Notes: generated by a model from the letters alone, not told the origin. A stretch of DNA of 64,000 nt from Octopus vulgaris (GCA_951406725.2 OX597825.1:37138001-37202000); one strand, 5' to 3'. Shown: positions 24,829 to 39,928, counted from the first letter of the stretch. Numbers and translations: made by a program.

Positions 24829-26764
24829 CTATATATCTGTCTGTCTCTGTCTCTGTCATATATATATATATGTATAAATCTATATGTATGTATTATATAT
24901 ATATATACGAATGCACGCACACACGCACAATCATATATGTTTAAATGTAAAGACATATGCATATCGTTCCATTTTCGCATATAACATATTTAAAGACAAA
25001 ATATATATTCCGTTATTTCTTTTGATGATCACGCACACGTACACATCTCTCATACGCATACACAAACACATTGAACATACACGAAAAGAGACACGCATAC
25101 AACTCTTTCTCGAGACAAACTACACATTTATGTGCGGACATATAAAATGTATTCTTACACGTATAAACACATACTCTTGACTCAATATGTACATATGAAC
25201 ATCCCACGTATATAGAATAATGTATGGCATACACGCATATGTACACATGTATGTAAGCGCACATATGAATATAAGCATATATTGTTAGATACAGATATAT
25301 ACATACAGATAGAGCCATTCATTGGTGATATTCTGATCACGAATTAGAAATATCTCAAGAATCGATATTTTCTTTGACAGAAATTGCTGAAAACGAATTG
25401 CCGCGCTGCTCGTGTGGAACGTAGCAGTTGATGGCTCTTTAGCCAATAGCCAATCACAGCGAGCTGAACACCGACCTAATGGTTGCAAGCAACGGAATAA
25501 CAGAAAGAATGAGAGCAAATTAATACATACACATGTGCTCAAGCTCACACACACGAATACACATGCACCCACATATATTCATGAATATAAATACATAGAG
25601 ACTGATATATCGACCTTGTACGTATGTGTAAGTATACAGTTGTAAAAATCGTTTCGGTTTTCTTTTCTTTTTCTCTTTCGTCTTCATTTAGTGTTGCACT
25701 CTCTCTCTCTCCCTCTCTCTCTATCTATCTCTCCCTGTGTCACTGTGTCTCTATGTCTCCAAACACGCGTCTATATACAGACATATATAGAGAAAGCAGG
25801 GGACAACGAAAGAATGATTAAGATGCGCTATGGGAAAAACAGAAAAAGGAGACACTCACGCACATATTACCGAACGCATGCACACTTATATAGTTACCTG
25901 TATGTATGTATATATATATATATATATACACCTGTATATTTATATATATATATATATATATGTATATATAATATATATATATAATATATATAAGCATTTA
26001 TACCAACACTCGTATGACGCGTACATATGTATGTACGTAAATATGTATGTGTGTGTGCATGTATATGTATAATCGCTAGAGAGTAAGAAGAGCAAAACTT
26101 GAATAAAAGACCTTTTTATAGTTGTTGGACGTGATTATTATGGAATGTGAGATGAATAGTAAAGATAAAGAGATATTTGGCAACAAGCTTTTCGATTCTC
26201 ATGAATAAATGGTAACAGCTGGTTTACTAGACTAAAATACTAGCAGCGTTTAACATACAACTGTTGAAGTGACATCACAGTCGAATGGACAAGATAGCGA
26301 AGATCAGTAAACTAAAATACTAGCAGTTTTTAACCAACACCTGTTAGAACAAGACTATTGTCGAGTGAGCATCCCATGTATGGGATAAAATTATGAATAA
26401 CAGAATGTAAAGTTCGTGGACCATGATTAAAGGTAAATTCTGCTGTGTTGGTCTGAGCCTTTCTCTGAAAAAATTCTAGATGACAAGCCATAGAAATGAC
26501 TTTAATTGAAGAAATTTTTCTGCAATGTATTGTATATTTTTTGAAGAAAGATTTCCCTCCAAAGCGTCTAGATTAATTTCTTCTCAAGATATACAAAGAT
26601 ATTTCATTGTATTCTCTTTAGTATAGATCCTCACTTTTTCTTCGAGATGTAATTCATTTTCTTATTTTCTCTTCTTTGAATTAATAGCAAGGACTTGGAT
26701 GGTAATTATTATTTTGCATGTTAGGGTTGTATGCGATTAAATCAATTCTCTTATATGATTGATA

Positions 26765-26995
26765 CTTTTTTTGTTGTCAAGAAAGATTTCATGCCAGATC
26801 GATCGTCATGCTTGACCTATGCTGAAAAGCATTTCAGCTGTGACTATCCCATTTCTTCACTGATATATATTTATATATATAAATAGAGTTGCAGTGACCA
26901 TTGTGTCTTTTCACATGGAGGCGTGTTGTTTCTGACAAATTGGCTCCCATTTAATGCATGTCAGTTGTGCACATAGAGGCTTCTTCGTCAGCTCA
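26765..26995 (-). mobile_element. SINE-like tail, family C
   Basis: gacctatgctgaaaagcatttcagctgtgactatccca is the reverse complement of gggatagctatagctggaatggc at 59348. Confidence 0.5.
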
Positions 26996-27786
26996 ACTTT
27001 TATTACCGAAAGAAAAATTTGACCTCAGTGGGATTTGAATTTAGAATGCAAATTGACTTCACTGAATACCGTAATGAATAGTCTCCGACACTCTATACAT
27101 TCTGCTATGTACTGTATAATATTGATTTCTAATACAAACTCAGGGCTTATGAAATTGTGGGAGAATATAGCCAGTTTCATGGATATCATTACGTAACGGC
27201 AACTTAATTTTATTGATCGACAAAGGCTGAAAGGTAAACTCGATCGCAGAGGAATCTGAAAATGAAGAAACTAACTCTTGTAAGATATGCAATTTGATGC
27301 ACTTCTGGTTCTGTCGCCGCTCAACCAATAATAATGAGGACTTTAACTTTAGGCACGTGAATGCTATTTACTTTATCTGCTCTGATCCCCAAAGGAAGAA
27401 AGATTGCATTGATTTCGATCGGATTTGAGTTCGTAATGAAGAGGCTTTCTGCAGTAAATCTAGCGAATCAATCATATACTGCTCTAATAATAAATAGTTG
27501 TTTTTAACACAAGCATAAAGCCGTAGACAGAGTGAGAGTCATCAACATAGTGTAGAGAAGCGCTAAATAATCCTTTTTTAGTATAGGCACAAGGCCTGAA
27601 ATTTGATGAGAAGAGCTAGTCGATTATATCGACCTCAATGCTCAACTGGTACTTATTTCATCGATTCCGAAATAATGAAAGGCAAAGTCGACCTTGGCGG
27701 CAGTTGAATTCAGAACGTAAAGTCAGGCGAAATGCTACTAACCATTTTGTCCGACGTGCTAATGATTCTGCAAGCTCGCCGCCTTA
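26995..27786 (-). mobile_element. Cluster of about four co-oriented SINE family A copies; the rightmost (27575-27786) is the best preserved
   Basis: Repeated gaaaggcaaagtcgacc...tttgaat-cagaa motifs at about 27010, 27230, 27400 and 27680. Confidence 0.7.
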
Positions 27787-29226
27787 GCATCATTAAAAAT
27801 GACCACGCTATACACGCTAATCAGCTACTTCATAAATTCATAGTTTTTACTTAATTTTCTTCTAAAATAGTTAAAGCAGAATTTCTTTCTTCTCCTTTAT
27901 CTTCCACAAAAGTTTACTGCATATGAAACTCCTTTTATTACTCTCCTGTCATACAACATAACGAGATCTATTATAACAAAGAGAAATCATTGTCCCTCCT
28001 CTCCCTATCAAAGGAAGGCAGTGAGGAGATCTTCACAATGGACCCAGCTATAAGCTAGATCTCTCCTAAGCACAATACTAATCGTTTAGCAAAGACCTTA
28101 GATGAGGAATCCGTAGAGAATGTACGATTGCGTGAAGGACATTTTAATCGTTCTCATTACATGCCGCACATATCTGTATTCAGTCCTCGATCGAAAACAG
28201 TAGTGCTTGCAGATTCTAGGGCTTTGCGGACAGCCCGACACTTCGTGCACTGCTTTCCTTTCTTTCAACATATTTCTCAGTGGGAATAGCAATCTTAGCT
28301 CCCACCTCATCCCGGTTCCAATCCAGTCTAAAGAATGGACTTCTATGTTCATGTGTCAGAATGTAAAATTTTTTGTAAGATTACCTAATATTCGTCCATT
28401 TGATACTGATACACTAGACTTAACTCTACATGCATACTCATACACACGTACATAACCTCAAGTGATTCGCATGAAGAGTCAATGGCCTACTTCAAGGGAG
28501 ATGTTCCACAGTAAGAGCTCAAAAACTAAAACAGATAGAACGGTGTACCGTTGAATCAATTATGTTGCTAAGCTTTTCTGATGAGTAGTCAATCACTTTA
28601 ACAAATAAATCGATCTCCGTGTTAGGTCTCAAACGATACATCACCACCAATTTAGAACCCGAAGGAAACCAATGCAATATCAACTCATAATCTCAACTAA
28701 CATAACACAAAAAATTAAAATTGATTCCTGTATCGATACTTTGGTTAATGAATATTCAAAACATACACCAATTCTGAATTGGCTGTGAATCTCGGTTATA
28801 TAGTCGTCAAAACAGCAGACATGACCGATTTCTTTCAACAGAAATAAAAAAATTTACATCATTGCACTTAAAATAACGACGAAAATACTTCAGAAGTAGA
28901 AAATCCTCACTGGGAATTGGATATGGATTATCCCAAAAGCTTAAAAAGTACACCAAAGCATTCAAAGAAGGTCGAAATAATTATGTAGGGTTACTTGTAG
29001 CTGGCAGTACGCCATATGTCCAGTTGAACAAATACCGTGAAACTGATGAATAAATTATGCAAAGGTTCGAAAGTATGCTCAAATTATGCACCTATTGAAT
29101 ATCGAGATGTTGTTTTTCAATAACATAAGCATTTTGTATATTTTTAGCAATACTATCGTTATAATATTTCGTTTATGTAACATGTATATACATACATACA
29201 ATATATATATATATATATATATATAT

Positions 29227-29340
29227 TTGTAAAAAGGAAGTTTGAAAACGTCACTATATTAGATAAATTTTAATTTTCTTATTAATATTACATGTTTCGG
29301 TTCTTGAAAAAACGAACCTTATCAAAAATATTATAAAAAG
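29227..29340 (-). mobile_element. PLE 3' tail with an HHR-like motif next to (TA)n
   Basis: Minus strand: aatattt-TTGATAA-ggttc...gaacc-GAAAC-AT-GTA-atatt; two core substitutions. Confidence 0.55.
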
Positions 29341-29983
29341 TGCAATAGAAAAGTTCATAATTGTTTCTTACTGGTCTCAATAGAATTCATGTGGTGGTGT
29401 TTTGTCGGTAGTTGGTATAATCGCTATATTATAGTTGAGTGTAGTAAAGAAGTTCATTATTGTTTCTTGCTGGTATCAAAAGGAACCGTCCTTGTGTTCC
29501 AATGGAATGGTAGCAGCAGTAGTGATTGTTGGTCGTAGTAGTAGTAACCGTGGTGGTGGTTGGGGTTGCAGCAGCTTATTGGTTGTGGTGGCTAGGTTGT
29601 GGCTGTCCTCGCAGCAGCAGTATGTCTAGTGGCTTAAATGGCGGTAGTAGCAGTTACTGTTGGTCGTTGTTTTGGCAACCGTGGTGGTGGTTGGGGTTGT
29701 AGCAGTTAAGCTGTGGCCGTAGCAGCAGCAGTAGTAGAGGACTGTTGATTGTAGCAGCAATAGTAGTGACCACAGTGGTTGTAGTAGCAGTGGAAGCAGT
29801 CGTAGTGATCGTGGTGGTTGTGGTAGAATTTCATGTTTCTTTTCGGAAGACCAATGTTTTGTTTTAATATTCCTGGCCCAGGGTGTTCAAACTTGGTCTA
29901 AATTTTTTGATGAAATAAAGTTCTTTATTTTGGCGTTGGGTGAAGGTTACGCTGTCACTGAATTTGTAAATATATATATATAG

Positions 29984-30017
<34 letters not shown>

Positions 30018-32838
30018 TTATATATTGAATAAAAGTATTCTTCAGTTCCATTTCAATTAATTTTACCACCAGGATTCCACTTTTTAGACTCGGCAATCTG
30101 AAGATGTACACGCATATATATATATGGGGAAAAACTAAATAGTAAAGAGAACGCTAAAATTTGAAAATGTCGTTTACGAAATATACTTCATAGGGGGAGA
30201 GACGAAGAGAAGGTATAAATAGGTAAGGAGGGGGAAGGAGAAAAGTATATATAGAGAGAAAAAGATAGAGAGAGAGAGAGGATAGAGGGACGGGCAAAAT
30301 TGATTAGATAAAAGATGGGAAAGAAGATGAAGGGAGGAATAAGGGTTATGGGAAGTAAGAATAAATAAAAAATAATTTGCAGAAACTATTAGGTAAGGGG
30401 TAGATACTATTTAAAAAGAAGCGAAAGAGTGTCTTTTCTAATGTGAACACCTGTAAACTCGCTACGTAAACGTGTTCTCCAATTTATATTTGGAAACAAG
30501 GATAGAAAATGCTCTTCCGTACAGAGAGGACAGAAAGATTTCCATTTGACACAGGGGAATGATCTTGATAAAGTTTCCAATCTGAAGAAAAAAGTTTGTT
30601 AGAGTCTTTAAGGTGCCAGATTAGTTTACAAAGTCTTGTGGGAATTACGCTTACGATTGTATTTGCAGGTAGAAAAGTGGTTCACGAGTTTGGATTTCAA
30701 ATCCGTAGAAGATGATCCGATATAAAAAGATTCCTTGGTTTCAGAGATAAATTTACATTGGTAAAGGGCATTTTTAATACAGCAGTTTCCATTTACAACA
30801 TTCGTTTTATTTGGACCACAGTTCCAAAGCCTAATATCATTGATATTATTATGAAGTATATTTCCCTAACGGAATTTTAAAAATTTAGCGTTCCCTTTAT
30901 TACTTATCTTTCTATAAATGTATAAGGGCGTAAATCTGTATCTGTTCCTGTATGTATACTATTTATGCATACAAATGTGTGTATGTGTATGTGTACGAAT
31001 GTTTATGTGTGTAACTACGTTGTCGTAGAGGTCTATAAACGTATGCTCATGTATATGTGTGTGTTGTGAGTTTATGTATGAATGTATGTGTATATATGCA
31101 TCTGTATATTTATGTATACTTATGTGCGGATGTGTATATATGTAGATGTATGTGTGTACATGTATGTGTGTGTATATGCATGTATATATATATATATATA
31201 TATACATATATGCGTGTATATGTGAGCGCGTGCATATGTGCATATGCATATATATATAGTCGCATTTTCTGTCGTTTCTTCTGATAAATGTCTGTCTGGT
31301 GACCACTGTTGTTTATATTATGATAGGATTGATGCATTGTTGATAATTATTAATCCTGTCGGATGTATTTTGAATACGTCAATCGAAACATATGTTGTTG
31401 ATAGGAAGATATAAATGACTTAATAACATCTTGAGCGTTTGTCTCAATTTTCAATTTTCCCTATTTTCTCCTAAATACGTCTCGCTTCTTCCCGGAATCA
31501 AATCCCACACAAGTGTGACCAATGTTTCCCGAGACACTTAAACAACATAGTTACCTAATAATTATTCCCCTGGATCTTTCCTATAAAGTGTACACTCATA
31601 TATGCATACATATACATACACACACAAATATATATAGGTTCGTACACACATGCACACTCATACGCCTATATGTTGAAAGAGAGACTTTTTCAATAACCAA
31701 CTAATCATTAGCTTTCAGGCAAAATTAGTTATACTCTGCTTGAGACGTTTTCATGTCAGAAAAATCATTTATCATAAATTTGATGGATCAAGGATGATTC
31801 ATGTTTGAACAAAATGCATTCAATATCCCTACCATTACAATTCGCACACCTGCCCACCCCGAACACCACAATCACCTCCAACGCCATCATCATCACCACC
31901 ACAACCAACACCGCTACAACTGTTATAATTAACATCAATAAAACATTCCAAACATTATAAATAAGAGAAAAGGCGGCTGTTACAGAGTACCCTGTTGTAC
32001 TTACGGCAGAGGAACGCACGACGCCAGCACGCTACACCTGTATGAACTGCAAGTTATTGTATAAATTGAAACATTATGCAAACTTGGAATATAAACACAT
32101 CAAACTCCGGCATCGTAGAGTTCAAATACGGCAGAAAGAGAAAATACGTAGAAATCATAAAAACTTTAAGAGAAGAAACACGCAACATAGATACTCATTT
32201 TGTAACTGAAACTATGTCAATTGCATTTCATTGTACCAATAAATCTAGTCACTAATCAGTAAGAAAATTTTGAACTCTGCAATAATCTGGTTTATAGATT
32301 ACATTGCAAAGTATTACACAAATGGATGGAAAAAGTACAGCTATGGTTGAGAAGTGAAGCGCTTTCATGAATATAGAATAAACGATACCGGACGTTATCG
32401 AATAGAAGAACCAGTCTTTTAACAAATCTCTTTATACAATTTAAAGCTTCAATCAATGAATCGATGAATCAAAAAATCAATCATTATCTGCCTGTCTACC
32501 TATCTATATGTCAGTATTTCATCTCCATATAAATATACTTCACATACATACATACATACATACATACATACATACATACATACATACATACATACATACA
32601 TACATACATTCATAAACGCGTATGAAGCACACATATTTTGTGGGTTTTTCTGTTAATTTATGTGTAAATATATAAAGATATAATGACAATTGCAGGCATA
32701 GATACAGAAAAAGTATATATTCACAAAGCTACACATTTATGTCCGTATATAAATAACGAGGAACAGAAAGGGAATGAGATAGTGGAAAGAATGTGTGAGA
32801 AGAAAGTATAATAAAGAAAAAGAGAGAGAGAAAGAGGG

Positions 32839-32869
<31 letters not shown>

Positions 32870-33179
32870 AAAGAGGCAGAAAGAAAGACAGAATGAAAGA
32901 AAAAAGAGGGAGTATGTGAATATGATTCAACGCATATCAGTATATATTGATTTATATTTATATAGAAATTGATACTTATTGAATTATACAGATGGTGTTT
33001 TAGAATTGTAAAAAATACTTTGCATTTATACATATATATATATACAAATACAATACGCACACACATATATATTCATTTATATGTTCTATGCGTATACATA
33101 TGTATATATATATATATATATATATGATGTTCATACCACACCCAACAACATATAAATACATACATACATACACACACAC

Positions 33180-33231
<52 letters not shown>

Positions 33232-33627
33232 ATTTTCCATATGTATATATTTTCCATATATATATATATATATATATATATGTTGCTATCACACTGGTGA
33301 AAAAGGCAATTAAGCGAAAGAAATTGTTCAATACATTTAGGTAGAGTGGAATAAGATTTATTTAAACCTGAACGGTGGAGTTGGTGCTAGAAAGTGACTG
33401 AGGTTCGAGAATCTCGAGGCCGCGATTCACGCAAAGTCTTTGGCATCTATTTGCATTCATACATACGTATATACATACAAACATAAATGCATACATACTT
33501 ATGTACATACTTACATGCATACATTCATTTAAATTTGTGTGTAAGCATATACATATGAATGCGCATATGCATTTCTATTTGTATATAAACATGTAAATAA
33601 ATGTATAAATTAATGTATATAGAGACC

Positions 33628-33706
<79 letters not shown>

Positions 33707-34280
33707 ACATATGTATATATATATGTATATATATACACATATATGTACAGATGCAAACACATATTTACATATATAATCCGCTTGTGATTGAAATACCTAT
33801 CCAGAGTAATTTTACGATATCTTGATTTCCTTTCGCACCAAATTTTAAACAATAGTAGAAAATAAGTAAAGTAACTGGAATGAAATACACACCATGAACA
33901 AAGAATAAAAATAAAAATAAGAAACTCTAAGAAAAATAAACAAAATCACAAAAGGTTAGATGCGATGTTGAATGTAGTGTATTTCATTTATTGATAGCAT
34001 TTTATGCTTTCACAACTATCGAAATTTCGGGCGAGACAATAGAAAAAAAAATTGCTTTCAACAAACAATGGATATTCTCTGAGTTTGAATAAGATCCTCC
34101 CGCGTCAACCCAAACTCGCAGACGTGATTATCTATTATTGTATTTCAATTTGGAGTTAATCAGACGAAATTAACATTTGAAGGAGGTAGGAAAGTATTTA
34201 TATAGATGATATATGCGTATATATGAAACAGAAAGTGAGAGTGATGGAAGCGGATCAGTCTCATATACAGCACGTGTATA

Positions 34281-34316
<36 letters not shown>

Positions 34317-34451
34317 CATATATATGTACTATATATAATATATTATGTATAAATATATATATATGTATATAGGTGAATATGTATATATGTGCATGCATAT
34401 ATATGTATATATATGTATATATGTATATATATGTATATATATGTATATATG

Positions 34452-34491
<40 letters not shown>

Positions 34492-34791
34492 TATATACTT
34501 ACATGTGTGTGTACCTGTGTAAAGACATATATACACATATTCACCTATATACATATTTATATATATATATATTTATGCACAATATATATAATATTTTTCC
34601 ATATCTCTACATACACACAGACATGGACACACATATATGATACATATATATATATGTGCATATTTACTTGTACTCATTGATATATTTTATCTATGTATCT
34701 ATATATATCTATTTATAAATGTATATATATGTTTGTTTGTGTGTGTGTATATATAAATATATATATATATGTGTGTGTGTATATATATATC

Positions 34792-34823
<32 letters not shown>

Positions 34824-35193
34824 TGTATGTATGTATACATATCTGTAGTTGTAGCCACATATATACACAGGCATAGATATACTTTAATATTTTTAAGTTC
34901 GCAATTTTTAGAGCCAACTGAAAGTAGGGGAGTTGAAATTGACAAAGAAATAGAAAGGGGGAGTAGATGTGATAAATTCTTGTTTATTTGAATGTAAATT
35001 TAATAAGCTACACAAATAAAATTTATGTGGAATAAATACTTGTAAACAATGTGTTAACAGCGATACCAATAACTCGAAATGTTAATTATGACATTTCAGC
35101 ACATAAAGTAAAAATATCTCAGAAATATTGAGAAGCACATTATTTAGAAAATACACATTTCTTCATATTTAAAACACACACACATGTAAACTT

Positions 35194-35239
<46 letters not shown>

Positions 35240-36874
35240 GTAAACACACATACATATAGCTTTGAATGTATACAAAACTATCTATCTGTAATGAAGTATA
35301 ACATATATAAACATTACGATATATATATATATATAGCATATAGGTGTATATATATATGTAATATAATATATAAAATAATATAATATAAAATATATTAGGG
35401 TTTGATATTATATGATATGATATAATATATATCACTTGCCTGTACCTCTCCTACACCATATATATGTATATGTATGTTTATACATACATGCATATATATC
35501 TACATATCTGTATATATATATAGAGGGAGAGAGGGAGAGAGAGCGAGCGATAGGGAGAGGGAAAGAGAGAGGGAAGAGAGTGGGAAGAGAGAATGAATGA
35601 AGGAGGTAGATGTTTTACTGAAAATATTAATATAAAATGTTTATAGAACAACTCCTGTACATCGTTCTTGGTGTTTAGCACGCTGAGGTATTTAGCACAT
35701 AAATTGAAAATATCAATCGATATCGAACTTCATGTTGGAATTTGAGATTACATCAGACATTTTAAATAGAATATAGTTTAATTTTTTTAGACTTGTCTGC
35801 TAGAAAGCCTCTATAAGTGTTTGGTTCATAGATATATAGTGTTCTATGTTGATTGACTGACCAATCGAGTATGATGTTTTTGTGTTTTATCTCTCATACC
35901 CCAAACATATTTAGTCCCTACTGTAGAGTCTTTATAGTCTGGGCGTTTTACGATTTCTAAATCTACAGTAGTGGCCTAGGTTCACAATACCAATGTGCTA
36001 TTTACAAGAAATAATGATATTGCTGCTTATGATTTTGTTTCTGTTTGTGTCAGTATATGCAGTTGTGCTTGCTTCGTAGTTTCCTGCTGATCTTTAATTT
36101 CAATATAATTAAGTATCTAATGTAATTATAGTTAAACCATGCAGTATGATAACTAAACTGTTTATAGTATCTATAACACCTTACTAGTTTATGTGTACTA
36201 AATCTAGGGATATTTTTACTACATAAGAAAATATATTGAACTAAAAGGAAGGTTGTACAAGAAGTTTCTTTTACCTATGCTTATTTGGGTGCATACTGTG
36301 ATTACTTTTCTTATAATGTATCTGGTTTTTAAAGTCGTTCCTTATGAAGGCCTTGTAAAACAATCTGCATTGCACGACTTTTTCTTATACAAGTTGCCAG
36401 ATATGCGTCTTTTAATGTTGTAGAGTAAATTTCTAACGATTCAGTGCGATGAAATAACATACATACACATACGCAAATACACACATACAAGCGCGCACAT
36501 ACACATACAAGCACACACACACGATATATATATATGCATATATTTTACACACACATATTTACATATAGTGTACTTTCGTCGAATGAAAGGAAGCTCAACT
36601 GACAATGAGAAAGAGTAGAAAATATGAGTCAAATTTATTCCTGTTTGATTATTATAAAATTAAGAAAAAAATTTGAATATATATAATTATGCATGCATAT
36701 GTTTTCTCTCAACGTGTTTACAGTATTAAGTTCTGCTTTTGTTTGTATTACCATACCGCGTGGTCTACTTGTAAATTGCTTGAATTTATAAGCTAGAATT
36801 CTGTAATCAGACAGTACAATAGCCTATCCTCACTTTCTTTTGTTTGTATATATGCCTTTCTGTCAGTTTGTCTG

Positions 36875-37031
<157 letters not shown>

Positions 37032-37056
37032 ATGTCTGTCTGTCTGTTTCTGCCTG

Positions 37057-37095
<39 letters not shown>

Positions 37096-37151
37096 GGTAT
37101 TAATGCATATATATCTATAGTCACTCATAATACATACACACAGGCATATTT

Positions 37152-37184
<33 letters not shown>

Positions 37185-38081
37185 TATATATATATGTATA
37201 TATATATATGTATGTGTATATATATATATAACAAACACACTTATGCATGCATACATACACAGTCTCATGCATACGCACATAAATCTGCATTTATATCTAT
37301 ATTTGTTTATATTCATAAAACCAGATATATAAATATATATATAGAAATACTGATAGATAGAGAGAGGGAGAGAGAAAACAGAGAAAGAGACCGAGAGGAG
37401 ACAAAGAGAGAGAGAAAGATATCTGTGCCTGTTTGTATGTGTTCATGTTTTTATGTAAACACACACTTCAACATCCATATGAGAGAGTGTGTGTGTGTGT
37501 GTGTGTGTGTGTACGTGTACGTGCGTCTATGCGTGTGTATGTAGTGTGTCTATACTTATATAGAATCTTTAAAAGCATTATACATATACGGATATTTAGT
37601 TCAATATACATTTTGAGGTCGATAAGCGGAAAGTTAAATTGACAGTGAGAGATGTAAATAGAGAAAGTTCGCAGATAAAATTTTTCTTGCTTATTTAGTA
37701 AGAAATTTAATAAACTATTGAAATAGAAGACCAGTGATATACAAAAGTAATATCACACAAACTATTTTTCACAACCATACCAATAAAAGTAACAACTATA
37801 ATTCAAAAACAAAAACTATATATTTTAATACAAAAATATCTTAACACTTGTAAAATGTTTAAATGTAAACTATTCCGGAATTTCAAGTATTGCTAACTTA
37901 AGTGAGAAAATAGAACGACCGAAATAGATTTATTACCTGTAGGTATCATTCGTATAGTTTTGGTCTTTTCTTCTCTCCTGGTTGGTAAGAGAGTTTTGGT
38001 ATCTGGACGTTTCGTTGCAATTTAATATTGGGATAATAGATCGAAATTAGTACATCTTACTTTTTTCAACGTTATGACTTT

Positions 38082-38282
38082 ACCGTCTATGGTCAAAGAA
38101 ATGTCTTTGTGTATTAGTAAGGAACAGTCACTGTTTACGATCAAGGCACGTTAATTGTCTTTTAGCAAAGAAGCATAGCTTCCTGTGACTAAGGAAAATT
38201 CACTGAGTATTATCCATGAAACTTCAATGTCTTTGAGCAAGGAACCTTAACTGTCTTGGAATCTTCACTTTCTATAATCAAA

Positions 38283-38285
<3 letters not shown>
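38082..38285. repeat. Degenerate 24-bp minisatellite (about 8 units)
   Basis: Units such as ctgtttacgatcaaggcacgttaa, ttgtcttttagcaaagaagcatag and tgtctttgagcaaggaaccttaa. Confidence 0.6.
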
Positions 38286-38319
<34 letters not shown>

Positions 38320-38959
38320 TATATATATATATGTATATACACACAAACACAAATATTTACGCATAAGCATACACAGACAAGTATATATATATATATGTGT
38401 GTGTGTGTATGCATGTATGTATATATATATTCCTATATGTATATGTATGCACGTGTATATATGCTTGTATGATGCTTCAACTACTTTGTGTATTTTGAAG
38501 TTATGGGAATGCTAGATTAAAAAATGAGAGAAGGGTAAAAAGGAAAAGTCAGTGGAAATTTAATTCTTGTTTATATAAAAGTGAAAGCAATAAAAAAACA
38601 AATTCAGTTAAAATGTGGGTGAAACTTATATAAAAACAAATACCCGCCAAGCAATATATTAACAGCTAAATCAATACGAAGAACAATATCGAGTCCTAAA
38701 AATAAAGCAACACATTGCAACATAGAAAAAAAACTTTTAGTTGCAAAATGTTTAAAACTATACAGGAATTCTACATATGCAAATATATATATATATATAT
38801 ATATATATACATGCAAACATACATGCGTGCATACATACATGCATATGTATACATATGCATACATTTATATTTATCTGTGTGTTTATGTGTGTGTATGTGT
38901 GTTTGCGTGAGCGCGTGCGTGTGTGTGTACTTATGTATATATACATATACATATATGAG

Positions 38960-39140
38960 AAAGTATCTGTTTGTTAAAAACGAGGAACCACTCACTGTAA
39001 TATAGACCTCAATAATTATTTAGTGGAGTATAATAAATTTATTTATTTTCTACTGACAACGGAACCGGCTGCTTCGCTCTGTGAGCTTACGCTCACTGAG
39101 CGAAACAACCGGTTCCGCTGTCAGTACAAATTAAATAAAT
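38960..39140 (-). mobile_element. PLE-type tail folded back into a hairpin with 50-bp arms
   Basis: Arms 39037-39086 and 39091-39140 (6 mismatches, loop ttac) contain gctc-act-gagc-GAAAC-aaccggtt...GTC. Confidence 0.6.
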
Positions 39141-39203
39141 GTATATATGTATGTATATCGCTATATATGTTAGTGTCTATGTACAGATATTTATAAATAC
39201 ATA

Positions 39204-39264
<61 letters not shown>

Positions 39265-39584
39265 GTGTATACTTTATATATATACACACACACATATACG
39301 TATGTGTATACTTATATACATATCAATGTATTTAAAAATTTATTTACACTCACATACACATGCTTATATAGGCATATATACGATCTTTTCCTCTTGCTTC
39401 CAACAACAGGAAAAATTTCCCAAAACAGATAGAGAATGTAACTTTTGATTTTGACACGGTGGTTACTCTCTATTAACTAGTCAATAGAAACTCTCAGAAG
39501 TAACTATTTTATAACTCAGAGTTTCTCTGACTATCACTGATCACGTATTTTTTTGGAACGCAAGCACACGCACATACTCTCGGT

Positions 39585-39637
<53 letters not shown>

Positions 39638-39928
39638 AAAGCACAAGAGACATGTAGAATAATTTTAAGATTTTCTTTCTCGCTGCATACTTCACTTAGT
39701 CATTGCTAGAATAATACCTTAGTGTAGAACTCAATATTCTTATGCTTCGGAATAAAGCGTTAGTCGAGCACAGAGCGGTAATAAGGAAATAAGATGACAA
39801 AGAGTAAAGGATTGTCTTATGAGCTTCATTAACTTACAACTATTTCTGCTATGAGATGCAGCGGACTCCTTATAGGTTATAGCTTCATCGGAGCCTCGAA
39901 AACGAAGTGCAATGTTTTTGGGAAAAAA

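Noticed and set aside
28380-29100. Possible CR1-type LINE remnant
   Set aside because: Only vague motif resemblance; not supportable by eye
29351-29710. Two pairs of short direct repeats resembling a repeat-spacer array
   Set aside because: Only two degenerate copies of each in low-complexity GTA/GTG sequence; eukaryotic context with no cas genes, so not CRISPR
35640-36430. Complex AT-rich stretch, possibly an old retroelement
   Set aside because: No recognisable motif series
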